59,561 nt of DNA, filler included, from Sphacelaria rigidula (GCA_964200075.2; 5 parts of 5 records of this genome joined end to end with filler, not necessarily neighbours in it); one strand, 5' to 3'; positions 1 to 13,300 are shown, counted from the whole stretch's first letter. Program-made: numbers and translations. Notes: generated by a model from the sequence alone, not told the origin.

Positions 1-218
1 CAATTCAAATATCTTGCCTACCCCAGAATACAGTCAGGGAACTCCTTTGGTTTTAGTGTGGAAGTAGCTTTACATGAGAGTTAGTGTCCCCCCCCCCCCC
101 CTCCCCCCCCTCCTGGAGCGCCCAGAATGAAATACATGGGGTGTGGGCTTGGGACAATTTTTTTACTACCCTTGCGCTGCATGACCTTACCCGAACTTTG
201 CACTGTCTACTTACGCAG

Positions 219-388
219 ATTGGGATCAATTGCGCCGTGTTCACAGCTCGCGGTCCCTATCCGACAGCTGAGGGCGTTGACGAGGCAAGGGCAATGGCGA
301 GAAGGGTAGGCGCTAGGTCCATCGTTGGGATTGGAGTTGGAGGGGCGCTTGACACCGCAAAGGCTATCGCCAAGCTGCATTTTACCAG
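219..388 (+). CDS. Iron-containing alcohol dehydrogenase-family protein, internal exon (5' exons outside contig)
   Basis: cag|ATT acceptor, AG|gtgag donor (phase 2). Encodes YPTAEGVDEA...SIVGIGVGGALDTAKAI, matching the Fe-ADH 'PT..V..A...IIALGGGS.LDTAKAI' motif. Confidence 0.8.
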
Positions 389-3300
389 GTGAGCAGAGAT
401 CACTCGTCGTTGTTTTGAACAGCGTCTTGCTTCGCGGACAGTGTCTTATAGTACTCTACCGCAGGTACAGGTTGTTAAAATGAGGCCACGGTCCTGTGCG
501 AAGCACGCCTGCTCTTATTGATCCTGATGTCATAGGCCCGTGTCAGATCTACGCGTCGCCGGTGATGGGCGAAGAGGCTGTTCTCGCTAGTTATGCAGCC
601 CGCTCTACTGCATTCTTTCGCAGCAGCTAAGCATGGTGGTGCCTTCTAGAGTAGTCAGCCTCACTAATGACAGCTCTCCTGCTGTTGTCGAGTAGAAATG
701 CGATCCGTGGTCAAAATCTCCGACATATCGGATGTACGAATGTAAGGACATGATCTGGATTAAATCCCCGGATTAAACGATCTGACGGATATTCGGAGTT
801 GCAGATAACCGTCGCGTTTTCCCTCGAAATGTTTATTATTTTCTCGGCGGGTTGACGGATTTCGGGACAAAAATACAGTATGCAGTAGACGTCGTGAGCA
901 TGCCGTTCGGTGTTCGGCGCGATTCATTGTGCAGTGAAGCACGAGCATCGTGGCATGGCTTATCGAGGCGCCAATGATCGGAAAGTCACAGAATATCAAA
1001 TTTGTATGAGATCTACGTGATGACCCACAGTCTGGTGAATGTGTGCGTCACGTATCGGTGTATCGGCAGCCAATTGCTGGTATTACTGTGCTGTACTGTA
1101 CCCCAATGGCGACAGCTACACAACGACAACGAGAGACGTTGACGTTAGGCCACCGCCACGTGTAACTATTCGTGTGCTCCTTATTACAATATGCGGCCAG
1201 AACAGAACACAGCTTACAATCAGCAAGTCAGAGCAATGCGTGTACGTCACGAGCTCGTCACGGCTACTTTTACTGTTAGACCACAGAACTAGCTCTGCAT
1301 GTGCCCAAGAGCTCGAGTTTACTTTCTTCAGAGCTGTGTCCCATCGCCCTAGACGCGTTGACATCCATCTCACACGCACGTCCTCGCCGCGATGTAGGTG
1401 ACAAGTTAGATACATGCGCTGCGCTGTGTCCTGTTGTATACTATTCACTGTACCGTGCTACTGGATACTGGGGAGTATACGCTCGGTGTTTGCTGGCCAG
1501 ACGGCCTCGAGAGGCGGGGAAAGTCGCGAATCCGTCGGGTTCAAGTCGACGGATCACAGACTAGCAATGACCATCCCAATCTGAATTGGGGGTACGGATT
1601 ATCCGCGGATTGGGACAATGCCGCGGATCAGATGTCAAAATTTGGAAAATCCGGATCGAATCCATCAACTACGGATCAGATCACATCTGGACAAACAAGA
1701 GTACCGAATTTTACGTACGTTCTCCATGTTCTGCATTCATAAACTTCTCTACAAATAACGCGTTTATACCGAAGGGTACACTTCTGTGGGAAGCTCGAGG
1801 GACGGGATAACGAAAAAACGAAAAAAAACGTCGTCCGATTTGCAAACGCGATACCACCTCCTTCGGTGAAACCTAGAAGCTTCTTTTCCGCTCGTCACCT
1901 TTGCAAAAACTTATCCTCATTTTGTAAAAAGGGGTCGGGCTGTTGGCCACATTTTGTTCTGTTTTGCTCGAAGGGGAGCATTGGAGAGCGGCGGGTTGAC
2001 CTCGGTGTGGTGTGCGCCTGCCATACATCATGAGCCAGAGTTGCATCTTTCACGCAAGCTCAATAAGGCTAGAAACACATCGAGCAGTCACCTCCTGCGG
2101 CGCACACGGTTATAACGGGGTGAGGCAATGGCCGATGTCACTTGGGGGACGGCAGCAGCAGAACGACGTAGTCGGGGTCTCGTGGACGACAGACATGTCA
2201 TTGGAGGGTCGCCCGCAGCGGGTTGTGTCGAATTTTACTGCGACCATGACGGCTTTTCGGCAACTGGGGGGAGAACATCGCGCTTGTTTCCCGGGGTTAT
2301 TCGTAGTTTGCTTCCCGCAGAAGTCTGCGGCGATATGGGATTGTTTCTTCTTGGCGAGCGTGTATTTGTTGCCACAAGCATGGTCGGGTATTTTTCACCA
2401 GGGGAGAATGACTACTTGAACACAAACTAATCCATGCGTTTTCTTCACGCAGGCGTCGGGTACAGTGCGCGCCTTTTACTTTTGCTGTTGCCACGTGAAC
2501 CTGTGTCTTTGTCCGCGTCCGGTCGCGTGTTACCGAGAAGGACACGTCCGGTTTTTGTTCACGCATCCCTTGCTGTCGCGCCCTGGTGCTCTAAGTGGTG
2601 CACCAATAGCCTATCAGAAACGAAGTCATTGGGCAGAATCTGATTTCTATCTCTGAAAGTATGAAGACGTGAGCAGCAAAAAAAGTTTATTTGACGAGAG
2701 CCGAAGGAGTGCGGGAGTGGTCATTATTCAGTCCTAGTTATCAAAATGTGAGGTAGGTACCGCGGGAAAGCTGAGTTCATCCCTTGCGATTACCTCTCGT
2801 CTTGAGGAAGGGAGTTCGGAGTATGACCCCAAAAAACAAGCTAGAAGTACTTGCTGTTTCCCCCCACACCAATCGGCAGTGATGTCACGTAATTCTGTCT
2901 TGTTTACGATAACGATCGCTTGTTTCCCGCACGCATTGATGTGCAAAGTGTGAGACCGAAAGGGACCATGCGAATGACACGCCCAACAACATGAGTGTAG
3001 GTGCTACACCTCTTACACTACACTCACGCCGCTTACATCTCCGGCACCGCCACGGTGGAGCCGCCGCGATGCCGACTCCTTTTTCTAGTACGTACTTGTT
3101 CACAGAAGAAAATATTCCTCCAAGTGTCGTGGTTATTTCGTCCTACAGGCCGGTTCACGCGTATCACCCGAAACTGTGCCATCATCAATTGCCTTCACCA
3201 GTACTTACCTATTCGTCGTATATATGATGTCGTATTGACCGCGGTGAACAAAGAGAGGGTGGCGTAGTCGAAGTTTTGTTCAAGGCCATAGCGATGGTGC

Positions 3301-3961
3301 TAAGGGCAAGAAGGTACCTCGACCAATCAGCGTCCTTCAAATTGTTCTGAAATTGAAAATACGGATTCCCACCATCACTCATGCAAAGTTTCTCAATGCT
3401 CGATGATATATGTGTGTTTAGATTTTCAGAGTCTAACTCCAAGAATTGGCGTGAACATTTGCGGGTGAATGGATTTGGGGTGACGAGTGTGAACCAGCCT
3501 GTATGTAACGGTCCAGACCGACGGCAATGTTCAACCACCAGCTGATACGACAAGAGTGGCGTTAGACTGCGAGGTACACAAGGTAAGGTTGGCTTGTTCG
3601 TGTTGGAGCAGAGCATATATCGTCGACGTTCGGCAACACTTGTATGGCGCTTTACGTGCATTGAGGATGAGGTGGCGCTGCAACACCAGCTTTATCGACC
3701 TGAGGCAACATGCTGGTGTCTTGCAAAACATTGTGCCAACCGCTGTCCACTTTGTCTACTGGTCTACGTCAGTCTAGTGGCACTTCGATGCGTCCAGCAC
3801 GAGGGAACATTCGCTATTGAGTGCCGTTGTCAGAATCAGCCCTGAGCCGTTGGCGTGAGCGATTGATGTGCTGTACATGCGTGTGCGACCGGGAAGCTTG
3901 TGCACCAACGCTTGACATCACGGATATTTGTATGCCCCTGTCCTGTCCCCTGTACTATCAG

Positions 3962-4184
3962 TGACAAGTGCAAAGGGTTTTTGAAAAGTCCTGGCAGCGT
4001 CATGATGGGCGAAGGAAGCCACAGCGGACCGAAGGTGCCTTCAGGAGATTCCTTGCCGCTGGTACTGGTACCAAGTTCTGCAGGAGCGGGACCATGCGCC
4101 AACGAGCGATGCCTCATCTGGCACCCGGAAGACGAGGTTCTTGTGCCGATGGCTGAAGCACGAGGGCCACGAAATTCATCATCG
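3962..4184 (+). CDS. Fe-ADH-family protein, internal exon
   Basis: cag acceptor in phase 2 matches the previous exon; gtaaag donor. LPLVLVPSSAGAG resembles the Fe-ADH 'LP.I.IPTTAGTG' motif. Confidence 0.75.
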
Positions 4185-4717
4185 GTAAAGGATACTATTA
4201 TAATGTTCGCCAACATTTTCGGTGCTCCATCTAGCGGACATCGCGCGTACTACTATGTTTCCCCCGTACACTAGGGAAGTGTGCAAAGCCGAAATGGGCT
4301 GCGCACTGCACAGTTACGTTGTGTTCAGGTGGAGACTTGGAGTTACACTCATTGATACATTTTTTTGGCTGTTCTGGCTACTTGACATGCGGTCGAAGGG
4401 ATGTGAAACTATGCGTGATTTTAGTGCGAAACTCTGTGCTGATTCGTTGGCCCAAAGTAGCCAAGTTATTATTTCACGATAACACTCGTGCTACCTACCA
4501 CGTTGACACTCCGAGAAAATGCTTACCGCCAAGGAGAGCCCTAAAATATCTCACTGCTCGTTTTGAGCTTCGATGCCTCAAGTGTTCGCGTTCTACATTT
4601 TCTCCAGGAAGCAGGGTTGCACGGAGCATTCAATCCGTGGCCAATCTTTGCCATCAACACGAATCATGCCTAGCTCGTGAGCTCCATCGCCAATGTCCGG
4701 TTCTTGCTCTCCACCAG

Positions 4718-5020
4718 ATTGCCTTAGTTGACGCCGAACTCTGCGAGCATATCAGCAAGGAACAGACGGTGGCCATGGCGGTAACCGCGGTCTCCGCCTG
4801 CCTTGATGCAATTGTTGCATCCGAGTTGGACATGGCAAGCTCTTTGCCAGATGGCAAGGCCCAGTTACTCCGAGAGCTAGGCACTCTTGGTGTCAGTGAG
4901 GTCGGCTCGGGGTTGCCGTTGGTGCTGGAAGGCAAGGATATGCAGGCGAGGGAGCTGCTGACTTCTGCCAGCTTGCGTGCTGGGCAACTCTGTCACATCA
5001 CACCAGCACCAGCGACGCAG
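4718..5020 (+). CDS. Fe-ADH-family protein, internal exon
   Basis: Pyrimidine tract plus cag acceptor, CAG|gtgcg donor, phase 0/0. IALVDAELC resembles 'AIVDPEL'. Confidence 0.75.
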
Positions 5021-5320
5021 GTGCGTTTTACTTCAGGCGGCCCTATCACGTGTGCGTATTCATGTACAGTACGAGTACATTTGCATGTGTTTGGGACACT
5101 CAACATGAACGGTTATTGGATACGTCAAATTGCACTATTAATATAACACGGGTTTGTGTGGCTACTGCTAGTACGTCTTGCCATATATGAACTCCTGTGG
5201 CGTTTTCCAGCTCTAGATTCGTATTGCGCGGCGAGCGTGTTTTGCCATGATGTGAGTGACCGAAGGGTGAACAGCAAATGCTTGATCTATCTTGCTGTGC
5301 TGTTTGACGCTGCGTGGCAG

Positions 5321-5468
5321 ATTCTCGTTCGAGCTGCGGGATCTCTATTATGCCGTCATGACTACACTTCTGTGTGTGCCGCGGTGTTCCCCCACGTGGT
5401 GCAAGACATGGTCGAACAAGCGAACTCCTTTTCTGGCAGTGCTGACGTTTCGGAAGCCTATTCTCGAG
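5321..5468 (+). CDS. Fe-ADH-family protein, internal exon
   Basis: cag acceptor (phase 0), G|gtgag donor (phase 1). HDYTSVCAAVFPHV resembles 'HG..CA..LPHV'. Confidence 0.7.
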
Positions 5469-5802
5469 GTGAGGTTTGGTGGCATGAAATCGCCTAGCAG
5501 TTGGTTTAACTCGGAGCACATTGGTGTACTTGAGACTGAAGTGTTTCACTGGCACCCAGAGTAAACGAACGCGGTACGCGGGCGTGCCACAAGAGTTGAA
5601 ATAGTGTCATGTTCCTACTCCAAGTAGTAGTGCCTTGCTCGGAAATATTCACATTGACGAGGGCTTGCCCGGCGTCAGATGAGCGCGTCCCGTGTCGAAG
5701 AGCTCATAGTCCCCTCTGCACAAGAAGCACTTGCTATCCTGCTCCTAATGGGCACACGTCACGTCACGTTCCGTGCGTCCCCTCTTTTTCTCTGGCCACC
5801 AG

Positions 5803-6059
5803 CTCTGTCTGGAGCGGCAAACGCCCTGCTAGGTGGAAACGACCTAGATGGCTCAGCTTTGGTGGCCTGGTTGGAGAGCTTACAGAAGCAAAAGTTGTTG
5901 CCGCACGCTTCCTTGTCCGATTTGGACTCGATGGTAACACCCGAGGAAGTGTCGACAAACGTGGAGATGTTGTTGGCTATAGAGGATGACTCAGATGCGG
6001 CTGATCGCCTCTTCAGCGGAAGCGGCGTGCGGGCTGTCGCTGAGCGAGCAATCGGCTAA
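5803..6059 (+). CDS. Fe-ADH-family protein, terminal exon
   Basis: Pyrimidine tract cctctttttctctggccaccag, phase 1 consistent with the previous exon, TAA stop at 6057-6059. Confidence 0.7.
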
Positions 6060-7284
6060 CGTTTCGTCGATATTTTTTGTTCCTGTGTTCTGTGGCTTGT
6101 TTAATGTCTCCTTGGTTGGTGCCTATTCATTTGTCTTGCTTGGCGCATGCTGGCCATCGTGCTAAACGTCTAAATGTGAATGACAAAGAACAGGCGTGGG
6201 TGACGCGTTTAGTGCCATCGTGCAGTTAGCCATGACTGATGGTTGACACCAAATTCGGAGACCACTATGTCACATTCTGTGATCAAGGATCTCTACCTTG
6301 TGGCATTACAGGGTCGTCTCGTCCATCACCGATCGCTGGTATCGGTTGCACCGGGTTAATCAGCGATCAAATTGCTGGGAGAACTTTCCATGTTCTCTTC
6401 TGCTTGCCGAAATGTACCCACCTTGCTAACAAAATGTTTCGGCGCGTACGCATAAATTAAATGGGCACTACTGTAATCGCGATATATCGACGCGTGGTGT
6501 GTCTGAAGCTTTCTGTGAAACTCCTTCTGCGACAATTTCCCGCTATTCATTACAAACCCATTACACCGCCGATTGCAATTACTATCAGATCATGTTTGAT
6601 GTCCCGAATGTCATGGATACGTGATGCTTTGCACAAGCAGAGGTGACTGTGGTGGGAGCATAAATGCTCAAATCAACGCGCATGAAAAATGACAAATCAT
6701 TCAAGGGTGGTGCCGCGATAACCCCTCCGCCCCCCCCCCCCCCCCCCCCCCCCCCCAAACCCCCCCCAAAAAAAAAGACAAAAAGGGCAAGAGAAGTGCG
6801 TCGAACANNNNNNNNNNGCAGAAAGAGCAAATCGAACCGCCGTAAAAATAAACAAATCTTCAAAGGTGGGTGCTGCGAAAACCCCTCCCCCCCCCCCCCC
6901 CCCCACAACCAGCCTCAAAACTGTCACGAAGAAAATGGCCATAGAGCGCATGATAGCTGGTTCAACACCGCGTGAAGCGCCTCACATGAGCGACATTGGT
7001 GGAAACGATCCCAAGCGTGGGAGTTCGCAGTTGCTCGGGGTGCTCGGCCTTTGTCATGGTGACTATCATCACGATTTTGCCTTCTCAAACCAGCCACTTT
7101 TCTGGGGAAGGCATCGCGGGATTACTCTCAACGATGACTTGTTGTTATCGCCCCCGCCAAACAAACGTATGCTTTGCATCCCCTAATGGTTTAATGTTTC
7201 GACGTGTGTACAGAAAACATAAACATTAACCGCGTGCACAAAACCTTCCTGTCCATCCATGGGTTACGGCTAAGAAACGACATC

Positions 7285-8160
7285 TGGTCGCCATTGGGGT
7301 GGAGAAAACGTGGGCTCGACTCCCGATGCGATGCGATTGAGAGTGAAACGCGGTCAATTAGTTGATGCATCGTTTCAGTTCCGAAATGCCCCTCCACTAG
7401 GCTCGATATTCTTTCTGTAGTAGCTTGCTACTGAGGCCCTTGATATCTCTGAGTAGGATACCGACGTGTAGCTGTAAGGACACGCCAGTGATGGAGACAA
7501 AGGAAAGCACGCACGGGATGAAAAATTGACTGAGTTAAAGCGAAGAATGATCAAAGCCACTCTCAATCCGCGCTCTACTCTCAATCTCACGAAAACGTTG
7601 TTGTACGGTATCTGATTTCCACCGTCGAAAGCATGAGTACGTGAAACAACGTTTTCGTGAGGTTGAGAGTAGAGGATACGATTGAGAATGAACAGCCGTC
7701 AATTAGTGAATGAGCCGTTTCAGTTCTGAAATGCCCCTCCACGGGGCCCGATATGCTTTCTGAAGTAGCTTGCCACTGAGACCCTTGATATCTCTCAGTA
7801 GGATATCGACGTGTAGCTGTGAGCACACGGCAGTGATGGAGGCAAAGAAAAGCACACACGGAATGAAAAACTGGCTAGATTCAAGCGAATTAACGAAGCC
7901 GCTCTCAATCAGCGATCCACTTTCAATCTCACGAAAACGTTGTGAGTAAACTTGGAGTAAACAAAAAATAGTTGACTGAGTTTGTTTGACGAGAGTTGAC
8001 GCGGTGCGAGAGTGCTAATCCAAGCCGCGACACCACAACGCAAGGCGTGTACTGGGGAGAGATGGGTTGATTCCTTGAGACCACGGGTTTGTCTCGAGGA
8101 AGGAAAGGGATTCACAGTCTTGGGGAAAAAAATACCGGTGGCGAGACACAATAAAACACG
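7285..8160. repeat. Dispersed repeat family A, with an internal ~350-bp tandem duplication
   Basis: Shared blocks (cccgatgcg; ttccaccgtcgaaa; gagttgacgcggtgcg; caaggcgtgtac.gggga) recur at 9810-10070 and 46150-46440. 7335-7600 is duplicated at ~7680-7940. Confidence 0.7.
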
Positions 8161-8359
8161 AAGTACGTTGAAGTACAGTAGAGTATGTACAACGTTATGT
8201 ATGTAAATGGGTATTGTTGCACTCGGCAAGCGTCCCTGCACCTTTTTGTAGGTTTTAACTGGCGAAAATATCCAGGATATTCATAAAAGGCTTGCTGTGA
8301 CGCGCATCACCTTCATCCGCTAAACCCTCTCGCCTTTTTTTGGGGTTAAACCAGAGGGC

Positions 8360-8553
8360 AGCGAATTTTTTTTCAGGACACGTAAGCCCCAAGATCGAAA
8401 ATTCGAGTTTTTGAGGGATGGGGGAGGGGTAGGGGGGGGGGGGGGGGGAGGGCCCCCCGCCGGGGGTGCCCACGGGGGGGAAGGAAACCGCGGAAANNNN
8501 NNNNNNTTTTTTTACGCGGAACGGGCCCCCCCGGGGAGGGGAGTTGTGTTGGT

Positions 8554-8595
<42 letters not shown>

Positions 8596-9520
8596 AGGCA
8601 CCCAGCCGTGTGTCCCCTGGTTTTTTGCCGAAGCGTTGGCGGATGCGGTCACCTGCCGTAGACAGTAGAGATCCTTATACATGATATTTCTTATATTACA
8701 CTTCATATATTATATTCCATACATTATATTCCATATATTATATTCCATATATTATATTTCATACATTATATTCCATATATTATATTCCATATATTATATC
8801 CCATGTATTATATTCCGTATATTGTATTTCACATATTATATTCCATATATTATATGGAATATATTATATTCCGTTTATTGTATTTCATACATTGTATTTC
8901 ATACATTGTATTTCATACATTCTATTTTATATTATATTCCATGTATTACATTTCATATACTGTATTTCATACATTATATATCATATAATATATAAATGTA
9001 GGTCTATATTATACAAATGCATATTTTCCTTAATATACACTATATTATATATTATAATCAATATGTTCATGTATTATATATGCTATATAATACATATGAT
9101 ACTTATGTTAGAAAATATATTTATATACATGTGTGTAAAAAAGGAGCAGAAGAAGCAAACATACACCCCGCAAAGCCCGCCAAAAGTTTCGGATTTTGTC
9201 AATGTTCATTGATCAATTTCTTCCAACAAAGTTGACAGAAAATATTTTTAAAAAATCAGGATAATTTTAATCGTCGAAAAAATGCCCTCCGGCATCTGAG
9301 GTCATCGGGACAAAACGGGCAAGGAGCAGAAGCAGACATACGAACCCCACGAAGCCCACCATACTTTTCGGTTTTTGTCAGCGTTTATTGGTCAATTTCT
9401 TGTAGTAAATATGACAGAACAAATCAAAACAGTGTTTGTTGATCAATTCCTTGCGACAAACTTGACGAAATAATATCGAAAAAATGATGACAATTTTCGA
9501 AAAAATGCCCTCCGGGAGGA
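8360..9520 (+). mobile_element. Non-autonomous repeat family B, copy carrying an AT-rich minisatellite
   Basis: 8360-8677 and 9140-9520 match the reverse complement of 59097-59230 and 58690-58875. Confidence 0.6.
8678..9130. repeat. AT-rich minisatellite, ~14-bp unit (TATATTATATTCCA / TACATTGTATTTCA)
   Basis: Directly visible tandem units decaying toward 9130. Confidence 0.85.
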
Positions 9521-9619
9521 AGCCTACGTGTCCGAAATTTTTCTCCGCGCTGCCCCCTGGTTAAACAGCTTCCTATATATATATGTGGAGATCGAGTGGA
9601 AACTAGGTTGAGGATCCGT

Positions 9620-9800
9620 ATTTCAATTTCAGAATAACTGTAACGGACTGATTGATCGAGACACCTTCTCGCCCTTAGCCCCACCGCTATGGCCTTACAC
9701 AAAAATCCGGCTATGTCACCCTTGTCATGGCGATCAGTATGATACATGTATGCGACTATTGGGTAGGTATTGCAAAATAATTTGGTTGTCTAGTGAATTT
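9620..9800. repeat. Dispersed repeat family C
   Basis: caaaaatccggctatgtca...cagtatgatac...atgcgactattggg is shared with 25610-25835 and, more diverged, 41530-41750. Related ends occur in inverted orientation at ~3145-3210 and ~3470-3505. Confidence 0.65.
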
Positions 9801-9809
9801 TGGGTGATA

Positions 9810-10070
9810 AAAACGGTGAATGGACGGAGAGAACGAGGGTTCGATTCCCGATGCGTTGGGTTTTTTCTTCGTATGATGCTATCTGATTTCCACCGTGGAA
9901 AGCGTGCGAACGTGAGTAAACAAAGCAGTTGACTGAGTTTGTTTAACGTGAGTTGACGCGGTGCGGGAGTGCTGACCCAATTCGCGGGGCCAAAATGCAA
10001 GGCGTGTACCGGGGGAAGGACGAACTCGTCCCGAGGAAGGGGAGGGGTTCAGAGTGCGACAAATATAAAA
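9810..10070. repeat. Dispersed repeat family A copy
   Basis: Similar to 7960-8160 and 46150-46440. Contains a B-box-like GGTTCGATTCCC at ~9838. Confidence 0.65.
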
Positions 10071-10320
10071 AAATAAAAAATAAACCTATATTCAAGAATT
10101 TAGAATTTCCTTTGGAGAGGGTATGAGTATCGGCTCAGTTCTTTTCCCTAGGGGTGGTAAAAAACGTGATACTATAAGGCGACCTTCGAAGCTGACCAAG
10201 GAGAGTACAAGTTACGGCAGCCGACAGTGCATCTGAGCCTTCACCAACCACCAACAGCAACACCGCGCAGTCGTCAAATATCGTGGCATCCCAACTCACA
10301 ACGGGAACACAGAAACGAAC

Positions 10321-10649
10321 ATGCAGGGCGCTCGAAGGCGCGCTAATCGGGGGGAAGGAGGGCTGGAGTCCCTGTTGCACTATCAGCCAACTCATGCTTC
10401 GGTCGAGGACAATATGAAGGAAGCGGTGCACATGCTTGATCTCTTGCAGCCTGATCAACGCAAAGGCTTCCTTAGACTGTTTGGGCAGTTTGTACAGCAG
10501 AGACATAAGCCGGTTGTCGAGTGGGCTCGGTTGGAGCAGCCGCCGCCGGCGACGGTGGTGAGAACGCGGGACATCCCCCCGTGTCCCAAGGATCAAGCGC
10601 TGCGGCATGAATTGCTGGATAAGATGGTCATACTCAAGCTCAACGGTGG
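10321..10649 (+). CDS. UGP: UTP--glucose-1-phosphate uridylyltransferase (UGPase), probable first exon; remainder not found in the contig
   Basis: GFLRLFGQF..VEWARLEQPP..LLDKMVILKLNGG is the UGPase N-terminus leading into KLNGGLGT. Donor after 10645 (gtgggt) or 10649 (gtattg). Confidence 0.85.
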
Positions 10650-11834
10650 GTATTGTCGCGTAGTGCAGTGTGTGCCGTCGGTGTGCTGTTGTTGCCATTG
10701 TCCTCATTGATGTTGTTCTTGATCGTGTACACATTTTTTTCTGTCGATGTTGTCCGGGATGCATCGTATGCATGCGCAGTGCAGGACTGTTCTGTCGCGT
10801 GTGCTGAAAACTGCAACTTGCTGTTGTTCTTTACTGCTGAACTAATGTCAAATACGATGCCACGACCAAGCTCGTTACTGACTGTTGTACTGTTGTCGGT
10901 GCTCATACACAACAGCACCATAAGCCCTCTGCGCTGTTGAACATCGGGGGCATATGAGCCGCTTGCACTGTACTGGTGCACCCATATGCCATCAAAAGCC
11001 CGTCTCTACGCAGAAACCCAGGTGCATTTCTGCAGGCATGCCTGAGGACGAGTTTTGGCGAAAGTTGGGATGATTTTTTTTTCAAGTTTTCAAGTTTTTC
11101 AGCTGTCATCCACGGTTGAGCTGTACCATGGGCGATCCGACGAGATGTTGCACTTGTTTACTCTCTGTACCAAAGTCCAGGTATACTGTAAAATAATTAT
11201 AATATCATGCGGAATGTTCAGCTCAAACGATTTGTGCGGGGAATATGGTGTGTCAACCGCTGTACACAGCGACTTTCTGCCCTGCGCCACCTTTGTTTCT
11301 CGCCAATCCTTTCAGTGATGGACAAACGTTCGTCAATGTAGTGTGGCGTCGACGCTTGATCCATGCTGGCATTCTTGCAAATTTAGGTCTAACGTATGGG
11401 CTGATATTCATGACCCCGTTTCACATTAATAACCCTTATGGGACTGAAGCTCAAAAGCACCACGTTCACGATGTGTTAATAAAATAATAATTAACAAGTC
11501 TGGGATCTGTCCAATCAGGGCGAGGCGAAATTGATCGACCACATCAGAACGACCAGTGGGGGGGGGGCTGTTGCCGGGAGTGATGTTACTGCAAAGTTGG
11601 TGTACACTGTCCCTGGCCCATAGAAAAGCCTTCGAAGCAAAAGAAAGCCTACATTCTCGGGGGCGGGATTCCCGAATTTTTCATCATTTACTTGCATTTT
11701 ATGTAGGCCTGACCTCCCATCCCCCGAATTGTTTTTGGGTCACCATCCTACAGTAAATCCTAGTTGATAGCACTAACATGTCATGCTCGGGGGAAATGCG
11801 GGAATAAATGTACCCCACTATATATGTGGTCATG

Positions 11835-11934
11835 NNNNNNNNNNNNNNNNNNNNNNNNNNNNNNNNNNNNNNNNNNNNTTAATTAATTAANNNNNNNNNN
11901 NNNNNNNNNNNNNNNNNNNNNNNNNNNNNNNNNN
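11835..11934. other. Artificial contig linker N44-TTAATTAATTAA-N44
   Basis: Six-frame stop linker within Ns, 100 bp, identical at four positions. Confidence 0.97.
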
Positions 11935-13139
11935 TACAAAGCTGCACGTTGCTGAAGTTATTTTCACGTCGCATTTTAAGCAAAGAGAACTGGCAGTCTT
12001 GGGCTGTCTGCACTGCACATTGTCCGCTTCTCCTTCATCTTCTCCTGCATGTAGCACGCACACGCGCTCTCAAGACAACCTACTTGAAAGCAGTGCAAAC
12101 AGTACAGAGCATGTACCGTTTCACGAATTTCACTGTCTTTTTTCGATCGAAAGCTTGAAAATACATCCGGACCCAACTGCATCAAAACGAGTATTTTTCA
12201 CTTGACTCAATTCCACCACTCCTTTTCTCGATCGAAAAAAAAAAGTGTCAGGACACGCCCTAAGGCATGATTAACAGAACAGAGTGGATCAGGTTGCTTT
12301 TTTTCGGTTTTTCACTGGTTTAGAGCGTTCTAGTACGGCAACGACCATTTCTCCACGAGGACGCCCTAACCTCTCTGAAAAAAAGAAAACGGAAGGCCCA
12401 TTGTTTTTTTTATTCGGCACTCTTCTATGGTTCTCCACACCACAATTCGTCGCCACCCGCTAAATGCATCGATCGGGAGTTTCATAGACATTGTAGTATT
12501 GGCGCCATCTCCCTTAGGTATAGGAATTACTAGGGACATGGGGTTTGATCAACGAGAAAATATGGGCCCAATACTTTGAGCAGATGGGCACCTTCCCCTT
12601 GATTAGACGATGAGTATGATATGCGGATCGTGTATCACGGACCGACTCGTCCGTGTCGATGAGATTTCACTTTTAGAGCCCAAGTCCGTTGTTAGGCTGG
12701 CCCAGCTCGTACAAATTGGGAAAAAAATATAGATATCAATCATTATAGATTAGCTTCAGTTTATGACTTACAAATTTTCGAATTTTTTCAACAAATCTTC
12801 TGCAGGTTGGGGCGTTTTCTTTCAATAAAGCCAAATTGCGCCAAACTTTTCGCCTCCAGCGGGGCTCCCTCTCCAGCCGGGGGGGGTCGTTGAAGGCTCG
12901 CTGCGCTCGCCGGGCTCCCTCCGCTCGCCACTATCGATTTTGATATCGTATCGATTCGATATTTGGTTTGATATCTCTCCGGTTTCACCACCGAAATTCG
13001 GGACCGTAACGGCATATCACATTCACATAACAAAGTTGAAATTGGAAGCGTACTGGACACACGAAAATCTGTCCTTCGAAGACTCAGTGGCACCACTGGA
13101 TGATACAGATTCGATCTCCGCTCCCAGCTAATAGCCCTC

Positions 13140-13300
13140 TTCGTACTGGAGGGTCAAAGTTTCTTCCGCGTTGAGGTTGTCCAAACTGCACATCGCGATT
13201 GTGTAAAGTCAAAGCTATATCGCGTGTAAATTAGAACGTTCGGTCTACAGCAATGAGCGCAATGGGATGTACTGTAAGCAGTACACTTGATCAGGCAATC
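13140..13300 (-). mobile_element. Possible degenerate hAT transposase C-terminal remnant
   Basis: Minus-strand translation with stops (..QYIP..TERS..CSLDNLNAEETLTL) loosely resembles the hAT dimerization motif. Confidence 0.3.

Noticed and set aside
5679-5802. ATG-initiated start of the 126-aa ORF
   Set aside because: Phase analysis and the pyrimidine tract place the acceptor at 5803; this stretch is intronic
6720-6910. Poly-Pro/Gly ORFs or G-quadruplex from long C/G runs (also 8420-8595, 59474-59517)
   Set aside because: Homopolymers lie next to N10 gaps or contig ends, so they are likely inflated by sequencing or assembly artefacts
8681-9235. Hydrophobic Ile/Tyr-rich ORFs
   Set aside because: Translations of an AT-rich minisatellite
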